A stretch of 63,468 nt of DNA from Schmidtea nova (taxonomy: Eukaryota), in NCBI GenBank assembly GCA_044892505.1, contig CM097883.1, forward strand, positions 308,822,533-308,886,000, given 5' to 3'. Numbering within the stretch: the stretch's first letter is position 1; each line of letters opens with the position of its first letter. The notes under the pieces are model-generated. The model made no database searches, was not told the origin of the DNA, and saw nothing but the letters and a program-made list of their open reading frames with translations. A program made the translations under genes and the position numbers. Shown one piece after another: positions 23,401 to 31,326 of the stretch.

Positions 23401-26400
23401 TCCGTTAATCTCTATTGTCGTGGTTAGTACTGGACCTGTGTTTGATGACATTACTGCGATCGTGTGTGTATCTCCTTGTGGATCTACGCTTCTACATCTT
23501 CTCATTTTATAATCTTCCGGTATCATGGGGTATACATTTGTCATTGGCATCATTTGCATCGTGTTATTTTTTCCTCCTTGTAGTGGTTCTTGATACATTG
23601 TTGGTGGAGGTGCGTAACATTTCCATGCGTCGGCTGGATTCTTTTCGATGTATTGTGGTGCTTGGTTCTTATACACTTGTCCTCCCTTATAGTCGTCATC
23701 GTCATCATCGTCGTCACTCGAATCATTTTGGGTTTTATATCCTTTCATCCTTTCCCATAAACCTTTTCTTTCTTTCTTGAGCTGTTGTCTTGCTTGTTCG
23801 TCATTCCTTATCTTTTTAAATTTTCGTCCTACTTCTTCATCTGTTCCCTTCATTTTTGCTAATATCTTTAGGAGTCTTTTTATTCGGTGGATATCTTTTG
23901 AGTGGCCGTGTAACACCATCGTTTTCGCAAGGAATGGTAAAAACCCTACTACCATTTTCCAATTCACTTTCTTTTCTCTCTTGTAAATATCGAAACATGC
24001 TAACATTTGCGTTATTATCACTCTGACGATTTGGATTATTAGTATGACCCCCAGTATTCCGGCCATCATTTGTCCGAATATCAGAAATCTTCCCCACATT
24101 GCTTTCATCATGTTTTCTGTGGCTTTTTTGAAATGTGCTGGTGACAACAATAGTTCATAATTCGGTCTTTCTCGATAATCCGTTCCTCCCGTTATCGTTA
24201 CGATATTTGACAGTAATGCTTCTCTTCTCGCTGGAAATAATATATTCTGCCTTGCTGCTTCTAAATCCTTTGGACTATATATTCCGTTGTTTGAGACATC
24301 TACGTCGCTGAATTGCCTATCCTTTGACAACTGCATTAGCTCGAATTCTCTTGGTGCTATCACTTCGGATCTTCCTGGGAACATAACCCATTTACCATCT
24401 GGTTTCTGATAAAGCGGTCCATACGCATTACTACAGTTGAATGGATTTGGTTCAAACCCTGGTGGATTGATGATTCTCGTCACCGGTTGAACGTATCGTA
24501 CTTTTCCTTTGTAATCGATTTCTAACTCATTTGTACAGGTTCCAGGTTTCAACTGTGTTGTTGCTGCTAGTGACGCGTGTGTCTTTTCGCAAATGTATAC
24601 ATACATTGCTTCTCCAACCACTCTTCCGAAATGTCCTTCTCTCAGTGGTAATAATGGCATCGCGCTATCTGGATTCGTAATCGCTACCGCCAACTTTGTC
24701 TTTAATATTTCTCGATTCAGTATACAATCATTGTTTATCAGATTGTAGTATACTTTTTGTAATGAGGCTTGTCCTCTATGGAATAGGAAATCCATTTTAT
24801 TATTCACATATAGGTGTAGTTTGATATCCATTGTGTCGATTTTGGGTTTCGCATTTGGCACTTCTTGTTTTGACACATATATTCCTGGATAATTCGTTTC
24901 GTATACCGTTGTACTACACTTAAGGGTTGCTTTCCCTTTTATGAATCTCATTCCCACATCTTGATTTGTGGTTATCAATACTGTTGGTGTGGCTCTCATC
25001 TCTATTCGTTTTTCTCTATGATCTGGTTTCAGTTGTCTTTTATTCTCTAAAGCTTCCTTGAGATGCTTTGCTCTATCTTTGTCGTCATCGTCTTCTTCCT
25101 GGAACGTTTTTCCTTGGATTTCGTCGAACTTTGCTCCTTGTAGCAGTTGTAATTGGCATTCGTTCACCTTTGGTTTGTATACTAATGTTGACATTCCCGT
25201 TTGACACATGCTCCTGTCGATTTTACACATGGATAACGTTTTCATTTCTCCCGTTGTTGGTTCGAAGAATGCTTCGTAGCTTTTCAGTTCGACTATATAC
25301 GTATCCATCACCACTAAGTTGGTTGCGGGTACTCCGAATATCGGGTAGGTTTCTCCTTGACAATATCCTTCTCCTCCCGTAATCCGTCCTGCTACATAGT
25401 ACGTCTGTTGCATCATCATTCCTGGCTTTCCTCTTATCTTGATTTTATCTCTTGTTGTTACTTCTCCATGTTTAAACAGTGCTTCGCAGTCTTCTCCTTG
25501 TAACACGATTGGTTCTCTTTCCGTTCCTGGCATGACAATTGCTGAATAGTGTCCTCTCCCGCAGTAGAATGCGAATCTCGTCTTCTGCACCTTACATTCA
25601 TTCACCATTGTCTTTATGAGTTCTGCTTCTTGATACACGTGGTACCATTGTTCCTTTTTAATCTTTTGCAACTCTACTGGAGTTGCATCTTTGCATTGCT
25701 CCGTACCTCTTAATGAATACTTTTCTCCTAACTTCATTTGGTCGCAATCAAATACTTTGAATGCTGTTGCGCTATCGGTGCTAATCATCCATATCAACAT
25801 CATCATTATTATAGAACTCAGATTCATTGATGACTTTGCGTTTCCTGTTCCTGTTTGTTCTTTTTCTAACTCTTCCAATATTTTTTCGAATTTCTTTTTC
25901 ATATTCTTGGCTTGTGTTTTCTTCTGGTTAGTTTTTATAAATGTTTCCCATCCTCCTTTGTTAATGACGTAAGGTTCTATTTCTCTAGCTATAATCTTTG
26001 CGGTGTTTTTTATATGTCTCTCTAATGCAGTGGGTTTTGGTCGACCTCTACTCAATGTCAACAGATTGTAGATCGTGTATGCAATGGCTATTACGTATTT
26101 GTTATCAGTTTCCGCTCCTTCTGTCAATTTCTTTATTAACGTAGTGGTTCCTTGCCAGTCTAAATGATTTGACTTCGTCTTTTCTTTTATGAATTCCGGT
26201 AAGATGGGTGCGATTGCGCTGTGTAATGACTTTGCCTTTTCGCTTATCTCAGTTAAGCGCCAGTATTTTCTCAATTCCGGATCAATTATTGCCAATATCT
26301 CCATTATCGTTTTCGATATCCATTCCTCCCCTTGACATATTGGTGTTGTCTCTTTTTCTTTCATCTCCGCAATTTTATTTAATTTCCTTAAACATAATTC

Positions 26401-29400
26401 CCATTGATCTTGTCTCTTTTCGTCTTTATTTCTTACAACTACAGTTGCTGGGTCTGTCTTAGGTCTACCTCTAGGTCGTTTATCCATTCCTGTACCTGTT
26501 TCCACAAACCTTGTTGCTCGTCCGGTTTCTTCGGTGACATCTCTTGGTTCGTTAGCTCTTTCTTCTAACCATCTTTCCATTTCTTGTGTTAATTGTACAT
26601 TTTCGACATTCGCTCCTCTTGTTTCGTCTTCTGTTAGATCGTTTACTTCTTCTATTATTATTTCTTCTTCGACTTCTGCTTCTCCGGTGTTGGTTACTTG
26701 TATTGTCGTAGGTAGTTCTTGTATTCTTTCGAAAATGTTATCGTCCTTTTCCCTTGTTAATTCGGTTAACTCTTCTATCATATCGTCGCTATCCGTTAAA
26801 ATTTCGTCCACGTCGTATGGTTGTGGTGGAGTCCTTTCTCTGGTTCCTCTGGGTGTTGTCTCAGATCGTCTTGAACTTGTCCCTGGTGTTAGTACTGATT
26901 TCATCGGGCTTGGCGTACTTATACTTCCGTGTGGTTTATGGTTTTCTTCTTTACGTTTCAATGGTTGACCCGCTATTGCTTCTACTGTCAAGGTATTCAT
27001 GAGGTCTAATTGTGCTGGCGTTATTCCGATTTCCAAACTGTTATCTAATGATCGTCCTTGGTGTTGTAAATGGAATGGTGGTTCGTATCTCAATTTCTTT
27101 TTAATATCTCGAATTTTTTCTGCTATTCCTACCCACAACTCTTCCTTATCCTTGTTTGGGTATATTATTCTTAAATGTACTTTCTGTGGAATTTCCTGCG
27201 AGAATTCTTGATTTCTCCATTTCCTAATTACGTGGTCTAGTTGTTCCGGACACCACTCGTTAACTCTTTTATATTCCGCGATTGCTTTTGCTACTTTACG
27301 CAAGCATGTTATATCTTCCCCATTTACCACGAAAAAATCTGCGAGACCCTTTATTACTTTTCTCTTACCGTGCGCATTAGTTTTTAATATTTCGACAAAT
27401 TCTTCCGTTTTTTGCTTTTCCCTTTCTAACCACATGGCCGCTGTTTCTGGTCCATCTAGGTCTATTGGCGTAGCTTTCCTTGTTACCATGCAAACTCTTC
27501 CTATCTCTGGTTCGCAGTCATCTTCAATTCCTCTTTTATATTCTTCTTCATATTCCCCTTCTTTTGGTTCCCAACATTTTCCTTTCTCGTTCCATTGTTT
27601 TTCTCCGGGTGTTCGTATTCGTCGGTTGAGATTGAGTTCTTCTAATACATTTTCCCATTCCGGCCGAATTCGCCAATTTCGATAGATGTCTATTATTTGT
27701 TGTAATTTGCGCACAACTTCTTTCCGTCGTTCCCGTTCTCTTTTCTCATCTTTAGCAGTTTCCCTTGGTGTATCGTCCATTCTGCTAACGTGGATTGTTT
27801 GGTGATTATCCCATATACCGATTTTATATAATCGTCTCTCATCGTGATCCCATAATACATGTTCGTTGTATTGTATGATTATGTCGTCTTCCCATTCGTC
27901 TTCTGGTTCTCTTTGCACTAGTGTCTCGTTGATGACATTTATTAATTCCTTAATGGTGCAATCCGCTACCACTTCGATTTCTTTGGTGTCCTCATTAGGT
28001 AATTCTACCGAAATCTTTAGATCTGTTATTTTCCCTTGTCTAAACATTGTTTTTCCCATTTTTGCGATTAATTTGTCGTGTGAGATCTGTGACCATCTCG
28101 TGTGGCTTGTGTCACGTATGCACTCAATACATCGTTTCAATTTCTCGTATTCGCTTCTCATTAATTCTTTTCTATGTTTTTTGACTTGTGGTATGATTTG
28201 TTCTATCAGGGAATTTAGATTCTTTCGTAAGACTCGTTCTTTCTCGTATTCTAACCGAGGTTTTATTCTCTTTTCGAAGCACGTGTTTGCTTCTCTTGCA
28301 ACTTCTTGTAGGTTCTCTTCTTCCTTTTCATCACATATTGATAACAGAGTTATTTCTCCTGGCCATATACCTGTTTCCACTAAGTGCGTTCTTTTCTTTA
28401 CGAGTCTATTCTGCGAATAGATGAATTTGTTTTTATATGAGCTCCCTAGTCTATCCTCTACCCATCTGTAGATATCGTCTGTAAATGGAGTTTTGATCCA
28501 GATTCTTGGTGTAGATGTATTTATTATTATTGAGATGGTGTAATTGAGGAGTGGTTCCTCTATTAATTTCCCTACGTATCGATTCAACATGTCTACTTCC
28601 CGGTCTTGTAACCATTCTTTGTAGTTCATTTGTAATAATGCTTTCATGAATTTCCGATATTGTTTCTTGTCCATGAACTCTTCGTTATATATTACTTCTA
28701 GCGAGTTATCTAGTAATTTCTGGATTTCATCTACTTTTATCTGTGTAGGTTCTGAGGTCTTTATTACTTCTCTCTCTTTATTTTCATCTTCGGATTCGTT
28801 TAATATGTCTCCTGCTAGGCTACTGATATCACTATCTTCTTCTTCATCGGAAAACTCTCTGGTGGTATTTCTTAGCATATTAATATGTGCTATTTGGTTC
28901 GTTTCTCCTTGTATATTCTCCGTTGGTTCTGGTTCGTTTTTGTCAATTTCTGGTGTTGGTTCACTCTTGTCCTCTATTACTTCGACTTTTCCCATTTTCT
29001 TTCCCAACTCGTCTATCTCTTTTAAACGTCTTCTTATCATTTTTCCTTCAAATATTCGCCGGATTCGGGTTTCGTGACGTATTGGTGGTGGAATTTCTTC
29101 TGGTTTTATTTCTTTAATTCTCATCACATTTCTTTTTGTCTCTGTTACTCCCACGTTTTCCCATGTATCTGTTAATTTTAATTTTACTGATGGTGCATCT
29201 CCTATTTGTAAGAACGCTTCTCTGGGCAGTTTTGTCACTCCTGGAATCATCTGGTTTACTTTATTGAACAGTATTTCCACCTTTTCTTTTGCGTTATATT
29301 GGAATCGAAACATATGGTCGTTGGGCATGATTACCATCATTCCTTTTTTCCAAATTTTTCTTCTCTCTTCTTGGTTTATCTCAGTTTCCTCTCCCTTTTC

Positions 29401-31326
29401 TGCTTCTTTTTCTACTTCTTTATCTTTTTGTACTATTTCTTTTCGACTTTCGTTGTCGGCTGGATTCGGGTCTATCGAATTCATTTCCAGTGTGGTTTCT
29501 TCCTCGCGAGTGTCTGTTTGGTTTATTGCTCTTAACATGTTAATTCTTAGAGGTTGTCGCTCTCTTTCTTGCTGTTTTTGTTCATCCTCTCTTTGTATTC
29601 TTGCCCATTCCTGAGCGTGTCGTGCTTGACTTTCTCGATTCAATCGTTCGTTTTCGCTTTCTATTTTTCTCATCATGCTAATTTGCTGTTGATTGGTTTG
29701 CGGATTTCCTCTCGTCGTATTGTTTATAAGTTCCGTCAATCTTTGGACTTCTTGCATTAAATGTATTTCTTTGGGGGTGGTTTTGTTCTGATTATTGTTA
29801 TTATTGACTTGTTGGTTCCCATAATCTGGTCGGTTTACGGTATTTGCTTGATTTCCGTAATTTGGTCGGTTCCCATTACTCTGCCAGTTTCCTCGTTGAT
29901 TACTTTTTTGTCCGCAATTTCTTGAATAGTGACCAGGTCGTCCGCAATTAAAACAGATTATTGTAGAACATCTGCTTTCCGAGTGTCCTTTGACTCCACA
30001 TTTTCCGCAATTCAAATTTTGATAGCATTCTTGCTGCCAGTGTCCCAACTTCCCGCATGTTTTACATTGTTTTGTTTGTCCTTGAGGGTTGTAATTGTTT
30101 TGGTTTCCAAAGTTCTGCACTTTATTTCCTTCATTCCTTCGTTGAGGGGGTGGTCGGTTTAATTGTTGCGAATTTGGAATGTGATTGTTGAGATTTACCT
30201 CTGGTTCGGTTTGTGCTGTGTCCATGGCTAAATAAATTCTGCCCTCACTTCCTATCATATGCAATTCAAATCGGTTAGCTGTTTCTAACGCTTGATCTAT
30301 GGTTTTGCATCCTTGACATCCTACTTGCGCTCTTATGTCGGGTCTTCTTAGTCCTCCTATGAAGATAGCTGCCATTAACTCCTCGTTTATTGGGCCTCCA
30401 TCCTTGAATACCGATTTTGCTAATTTTTTCAGTTCGCTCGCGTATACCGCATTAGATTCATTCATCTTTTGTTTCCTCATTGAGAATTCTATGAATGCCT
30501 CGCTTAGCACTTTATTTATTCCAAATGTTTGTTGGAAAAAATCCTTTATCGCTGTCCAGCTTGTAGGTGGATTGGTACCATTTTTCGCTTCCAAATATAG
30601 GTCCAATGCACTATCTTTCAAATATAACTGAATTCTGCTTACCGTTGTTTCAGCTTTCCATTTGCATACTTCCACGAATATGCCAAATTCTTTTAAAAAG
30701 GTTTCTAATTTACTCGCATCTCCGTTAAACGGTTCTCCTGAAAATTTATCCTTTATTTCTTCTCTTGGTTCACCCATTTCAATTCCGCTGTCTTGAGTTA
30801 TTTTACTTTCGTTTCCTCTTGTTTCTAGTTCGTTGTTATGTTCGTCTTCCGTTTTACTCGAGCTTGAATCGCTTTCTGTTTCTCTTATTCCTTCGTTATC
30901 TGATATTATACTTTCGTTATCACTCGCGTTGATTTCTATCTCTGGTTCTACCTCGTTTTCTACTTCTTCGATATTATCGTTGTTAGTTTCGTCGATTTCT
31001 CCTTCTTGTTCTATCTCGTGTTCTATTTCTTCGATATTATCGTTATTAGTTTCGTCGCTCTCTATTTCACTTGCTTGGTTCTCCTTGGGTTCGGCTTGGT
31101 TTTCTTTGTTACTTGAGCTGTTGCTTACTATTGACAATTTATCGTTTTCGGTAATCGATTTATCTCTTATTATTTTCCTCGATTTACTCCCTTGTGGGTT
31201 ATCTTTGCCGACTTTCTGCTTTTTTGTTGATTTTGTTGTAGTACTAGTTTTGTCTTTTTTATTATTGTTGCTACCGACTTTCTTTTCCGTTGGCTTTACT
31301 ACGACACTCTTTGCTCCTTTTCTCAA
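17425..31326 (-). CDS. 4633-codon Gag-UBL-Bcl2-Env-PR-RT-RNaseH-IN-ankyrin polyprotein
   Basis: Single uninterrupted frame with the motifs listed as sub-features. The track start is TTG; the first ATG is at 30777. Confidence 0.95.
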   Translation of the reverse strand: MRKGAKSVVVKPTEKKVGSNNNKKDKTSTTTKSTKKQKVGKDNPQGSKSRKIIRDKSITENDKLSIVSNSSSNKENQAEPKENQASEIESDETNNDNIEEIEHEIEQEGEIDETNNDNIEEVENEVEPEIEINASDNESIISDNEGIRETESDSSSSKTEDEHNNELETRGNESKITQDSGIEMGEPREEIKDKFSGEPFNGDASKLETFLKEFGIFVEVCKWKAETTVSRIQLYLKDSALDLYLEAKNGTNPPTSWTAIKDFFQQTFGINKVLSEAFIEFSMRKQKMNESNAVYASELKKLAKSVFKDGGPINEELMAAIFIGGLRRPDIRAQVGCQGCKTIDQALETANRFELHMIGSEGRIYLAMDTAQTEPEVNLNNHIPNSQQLNRPPPQRRNEGNKVQNFGNQNNYNPQGQTKQCKTCGKLGHWQQECYQNLNCGKCGVKGHSESRCSTIICFNCGRPGHYSRNCGQKSNQRGNWQSNGNRPNYGNQANTVNRPDYGNQQVNNNNNQNKTTPKEIHLMQEVQRLTELINNTTRGNPQTNQQQISMMRKIESENERLNRESQARHAQEWARIQREDEQKQQERERQPLRINMLRAINQTDTREEETTLEMNSIDPNPADNESRKEIVQKDKEVEKEAEKGEETEINQEERRKIWKKGMMVIMPNDHMFRFQYNAKEKVEILFNKVNQMIPGVTKLPREAFLQIGDAPSVKLKLTDTWENVGVTETKRNVMRIKEIKPEEIPPPIRHETRIRRIFEGKMIRRRLKEIDELGKKMGKVEVIEDKSEPTPEIDKNEPEPTENIQGETNQIAHINMLRNTTREFSDEEEDSDISSLAGDILNESEDENKEREVIKTSEPTQIKVDEIQKLLDNSLEVIYNEEFMDKKQYRKFMKALLQMNYKEWLQDREVDMLNRYVGKLIEEPLLNYTISIIINTSTPRIWIKTPFTDDIYRWVEDRLGSSYKNKFIYSQNRLVKKRTHLVETGIWPGEITLLSICDEKEEENLQEVAREANTCFEKRIKPRLEYEKERVLRKNLNSLIEQIIPQVKKHRKELMRSEYEKLKRCIECIRDTSHTRWSQISHDKLIAKMGKTMFRQGKITDLKISVELPNEDTKEIEVVADCTIKELINVINETLVQREPEDEWEDDIIIQYNEHVLWDHDERRLYKIGIWDNHQTIHVSRMDDTPRETAKDEKRERERRKEVVRKLQQIIDIYRNWRIRPEWENVLEELNLNRRIRTPGEKQWNEKGKCWEPKEGEYEEEYKRGIEDDCEPEIGRVCMVTRKATPIDLDGPETAAMWLEREKQKTEEFVEILKTNAHGKRKVIKGLADFFVVNGEDITCLRKVAKAIAEYKRVNEWCPEQLDHVIRKWRNQEFSQEIPQKVHLRIIYPNKDKEELWVGIAEKIRDIKKKLRYEPPFHLQHQGRSLDNSLEIGITPAQLDLMNTLTVEAIAGQPLKRKEENHKPHGSISTPSPMKSVLTPGTSSRRSETTPRGTRERTPPQPYDVDEILTDSDDMIEELTELTREKDDNIFERIQELPTTIQVTNTGEAEVEEEIIIEEVNDLTEDETRGANVENVQLTQEMERWLEERANEPRDVTEETGRATRFVETGTGMDKRPRGRPKTDPATVVVRNKDEKRQDQWELCLRKLNKIAEMKEKETTPICQGEEWISKTIMEILAIIDPELRKYWRLTEISEKAKSLHSAIAPILPEFIKEKTKSNHLDWQGTTTLIKKLTEGAETDNKYVIAIAYTIYNLLTLSRGRPKPTALERHIKNTAKIIAREIEPYVINKGGWETFIKTNQKKTQAKNMKKKFEKILEELEKEQTGTGNAKSSMNLSSIIMMMLIWMISTDSATAFKVFDCDQMKLGEKYSLRGTEQCKDATPVELQKIKKEQWYHVYQEAELIKTMVNECKVQKTRFAFYCGRGHYSAIVMPGTEREPIVLQGEDCEALFKHGEVTTRDKIKIRGKPGMMMQQTYYVAGRITGGEGYCQGETYPIFGVPATNLVVMDTYIVELKSYEAFFEPTTGEMKTLSMCKIDRSMCQTGMSTLVYKPKVNECQLQLLQGAKFDEIQGKTFQEEDDDDKDRAKHLKEALENKRQLKPDHREKRIEMRATPTVLITTNQDVGMRFIKGKATLKCSTTVYETNYPGIYVSKQEVPNAKPKIDTMDIKLHLYVNNKMDFLFHRGQASLQKVYYNLINNDCILNREILKTKLAVAITNPDSAMPLLPLREGHFGRVVGEAMYVYICEKTHASLAATTQLKPGTCTNELEIDYKGKVRYVQPVTRIINPPGFEPNPFNCSNAYGPLYQKPDGKWVMFPGRSEVIAPREFELMQLSKDRQFSDVDVSNNGIYSPKDLEAARQNILFPARREALLSNIVTITGGTDYRERPNYELLLSPAHFKKATENMMKAMWGRFLIFGQMMAGILGVILIIQIVRVIITQMLACFDIYKREKKVNWKMVVGFLPFLAKTMVLHGHSKDIHRIKRLLKILAKMKGTDEEVGRKFKKIRNDEQARQQLKKERKGLWERMKGYKTQNDSSDDDDDDDDYKGGQVYKNQAPQYIEKNPADAWKCYAPPPTMYQEPLQGGKNNTMQMMPMTNVYPMIPEDYKMRRCRSVDPQGDTHTIAVMSSNTGPVLTTTIEINGREIEAMIDTGANISAIDIKWIPQEQRREIERTNVHVIACSKEVVEVAGRWWVKIRHLNTEIDTYVAVIPALSVPCIIGTDLMPALFKEIVIDLGTMRLKDRTGQICAIEAKVTSSKQMIIPARKEKICYVKIDPTIQGDMIFEPSKRFEKRKALPMARGLVNINDDGEIPINVVNFDEEDKIIYENERLGKLTPMMDIELPIEGAEKDKEPTWNIDSELLNEDQKKQLEKLLIEYKDIFAASDLDLGTCDVTLHTIPLTDETPIALRPYKLAEAQKAVAEAEVKKMLDAEVIEPSCSPWQFPVVMVKKKDGTQRFCIDYRRLNTVTKRDTYPLPDINEMLLTLQGAAYFTSLDLKSGYWQIKMKEEDKEKTAFTIGRDLYQFRKMPFGLTNAPASFQRCMNFVTHGIKQCMVYIDDLLIYSSTFEQHIQDIRDVFVRLRQWKLKLKPSKCDWAKEKVTFLGHIVSAKGKEPDPRNIDKVKECPVPKTIIQIQEFLGLCGYYRKFIKDYAGIAKPIQELVKKDVSFIWGDEQQTAFETLRDKLITAPILVHPDFKKPFLLATDASGYAAGAVLGQYDDEGKERVIGYYSRTFKKHEKNYSVTEREALAIILAIKHFKYLLWGHIICITTDHQPLVWLGQHKETSSRLMRWAMQLQEYSPDIKFKSGKANANADCMSRLTFPELTDPDVQRICVLIAEDLDFSELKKDQQEDKELGQIIEFLTSRNMEAFKDNKELKEHIGKYQHRYIINKGWLLIQDGEKRLMCLPENRRKEIMIQYHDGKLGGHMSEKKTINRMRQKYYWRTMEEDIKEWIKNCLTCATRKDSGKKWKNPLQPMPIPAEPMTTIAMDVIGPLPESLNGNIYILVITDYLTKFPEAFAMQDQKAKTVAKILVEEICCRYGTPKQILTDQGTNFMSELLNEVTNYFRIAKLRTSPYHPQTNGQTERFNGTLIRMLSNYVSRHQTDWDEYIKLCLMAYRMSIHAATKLSPFQLMYGRECNMPIDLEYQPPLSQYMEDDDYVTKFKERMQEIWKTAELNIKFYQESYKDLHDQKKNVKANDLKPGDWVIIETPEIIPGTVKKLQRPGRGPYEIIYKKDNNVKVKLINRPLIRPIYVNTCRCKKVPKTITTTPENRIITRSQTARINMLRANATEDDKEEIRQKEIRNKEIILKAREIMGRWHVKDEAGISRDIRHIISRYAQGLPTEPIISELLEKIPEILLLKDVGGQPALHNAIECKNMERAKEFLKIAKETNQNLDIGNREQETPLMTAAIHQADKEMIDLLIKAHFSWTERDREDKTVLNHVIWSSHQPMLKYIIANCTWEIDELVKRDIIKEAIKIGKCNTIRKLIKWKRPEDDTWVLDINEVYSEGQNALLRYLLKFTCDQKTLLTLLDRGNINITKNEEEYKFDKEKEALFNKIRKWCAKPLDKLITYKDINNFNEKYQTIVSEYEELVKILNHPEKCKQVLEKKERESNKKLTPLFKAEAPYQARLDAIQEKAKELLPEFENSKHALEILGALVEKVHAYAKGTYNGNDIVIIKKEMPVTFLLPKDGIMPIHRALRNGKDRKVMEIARVMLNCGSNMNMIDEKGDTLMVFAARAKTKTKVLEELYKAGAGLTGKTDKDNSILDVALLTHNWEMVNFIKTVPNQEEIDHLTDSVKKPSVLAMMNNVELTESILTWINPNTNEPAFRINKFTEHNQNWCIRSALITYKWPEILKMFMERKDLRITTSPKEEKYTGKWKELMKTYINNWIKAKKEILEYKSTNKVIPEQVETQEFEASNLTTLAYAKLIEEINVEDDIFDEPGGDDNTDSDDGNNSENSNDHEPPDKEENERKDKKRDKEEKKSEDEKQRDEDGEQGKNVQGDKNDTQRTGYKSTIKPFFKPELLLLTMIITLINPSQGMTCEERAIIQIKNAKGIERVCWSKKDKITEQNSPMDCRISKHEQEIIEINDLDLNTWYKICTVRKQKHPRSHNTIACCIQRHREQKTKNPR
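17470..17755 (-). other. Polyprotein C-terminus: signal-like hydrophobic segment plus first FN3-like repeat
   Basis: ELLLLTMIITLINPSQG then RVCW...IIEINDLDLNTWYKICTV...IAC, paralogous to the unit after WLGLTIILTLIN in the 1027-aa ORF. Confidence 0.65.
18400..19740 (-). other. Ankyrin repeat region C-terminal to integrase
   Basis: GGQPALHNAI, QETPLMTAAI, DKTVLNHVI, IMPIHRAL, KGDTLMVFAAR and DNSILDVAL, spaced as ankyrin repeats in two clusters. Confidence 0.85.
20030..21100 (-). other. Integrase (HHCC zinc finger, DDE core, GPY/F)
   Basis: YHDGKLGGH...CLTC; MDVIGPL; TDQGTNF; HPQTNGQTERFN; GRGPYEI. Confidence 0.95.
21370..22680 (-). other. Reverse transcriptase and RNase H
   Basis: RFCIDYRRLN, LDLKSGYWQI, MPFGLTNAPASFQR, YIDD (22153-22164); TDASG, EREALA, TDHQPL. 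Confidence 0.97.
23130..23436 (-). other. Retropepsin aspartic protease
   Basis: IEAMIDTGANIS (DTG at 23371-23379) and CIIGTDLM. Confidence 0.93.
23900..25827 (-). other. Class III fusion-type (chuvirus/herpes gB-like) envelope glycoprotein, about 640 aa
   Basis: Signal-like IIMMMLIWMISTDSATA, then FKVFDC...YSL...C, FYCG, GYCQGETY, DCILNREIL...NP...GEAMYVYIC, CTNEL...YVQPVTRII, GIYS, and TM WGRFLIFGQMMAGILGVILII. This matches the cysteine/motif pattern of chuvirus-like glycoproteins as I recall it. Confidence 0.8.
25931..26322 (-). other. Bcl-2-like domain
   Basis: BH2-like IEPYVINKGGWETF; degenerate BH1 region DNKYVIAIAYTIY; helical pattern of the expected length. Confidence 0.7.
26974..27180 (-). 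other. Ubiquitin-like fold 3
   Basis: LRIIYPN...EKIRDIKKKL...FHLQHQGRSLDNSLEIGI...TLTV parallels ubiquitin TIENVKAKI...LIFAGKQLEDG. Confidence 0.55.
27781..28020 (-). other. Ubiquitin-like fold 2
   Basis: LKISVELPNEDTKEIEVVADCTIKELI...IIIQYNEHVL...LYKIGIWDNHQTIHV. Confidence 0.65.
29113..29340 (-). other. Ubiquitin-like/UBX-like fold 1
   Basis: MMVIMPNDHMFRFQYNAKEKVEILFNKV...LTDTWENVGV...VMRI. Confidence 0.45.
29914..30777 (-). other. Gag capsid-like domain plus three CCHC zinc knuckles
   Basis: FNGDASKLETFLKEF...LYLKDSALDLY...RKQKMNES...FIGGL; CKTCGKLGHWQQEC, CGKCGVKGHSESRC, CFNCGRPGHYSRNC. Confidence 0.93.

Noticed and set aside
31326-31326. Met shown at the start of the 4633-aa track protein
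   Set aside because: The codon is TTG; the first true ATG is at 30777.
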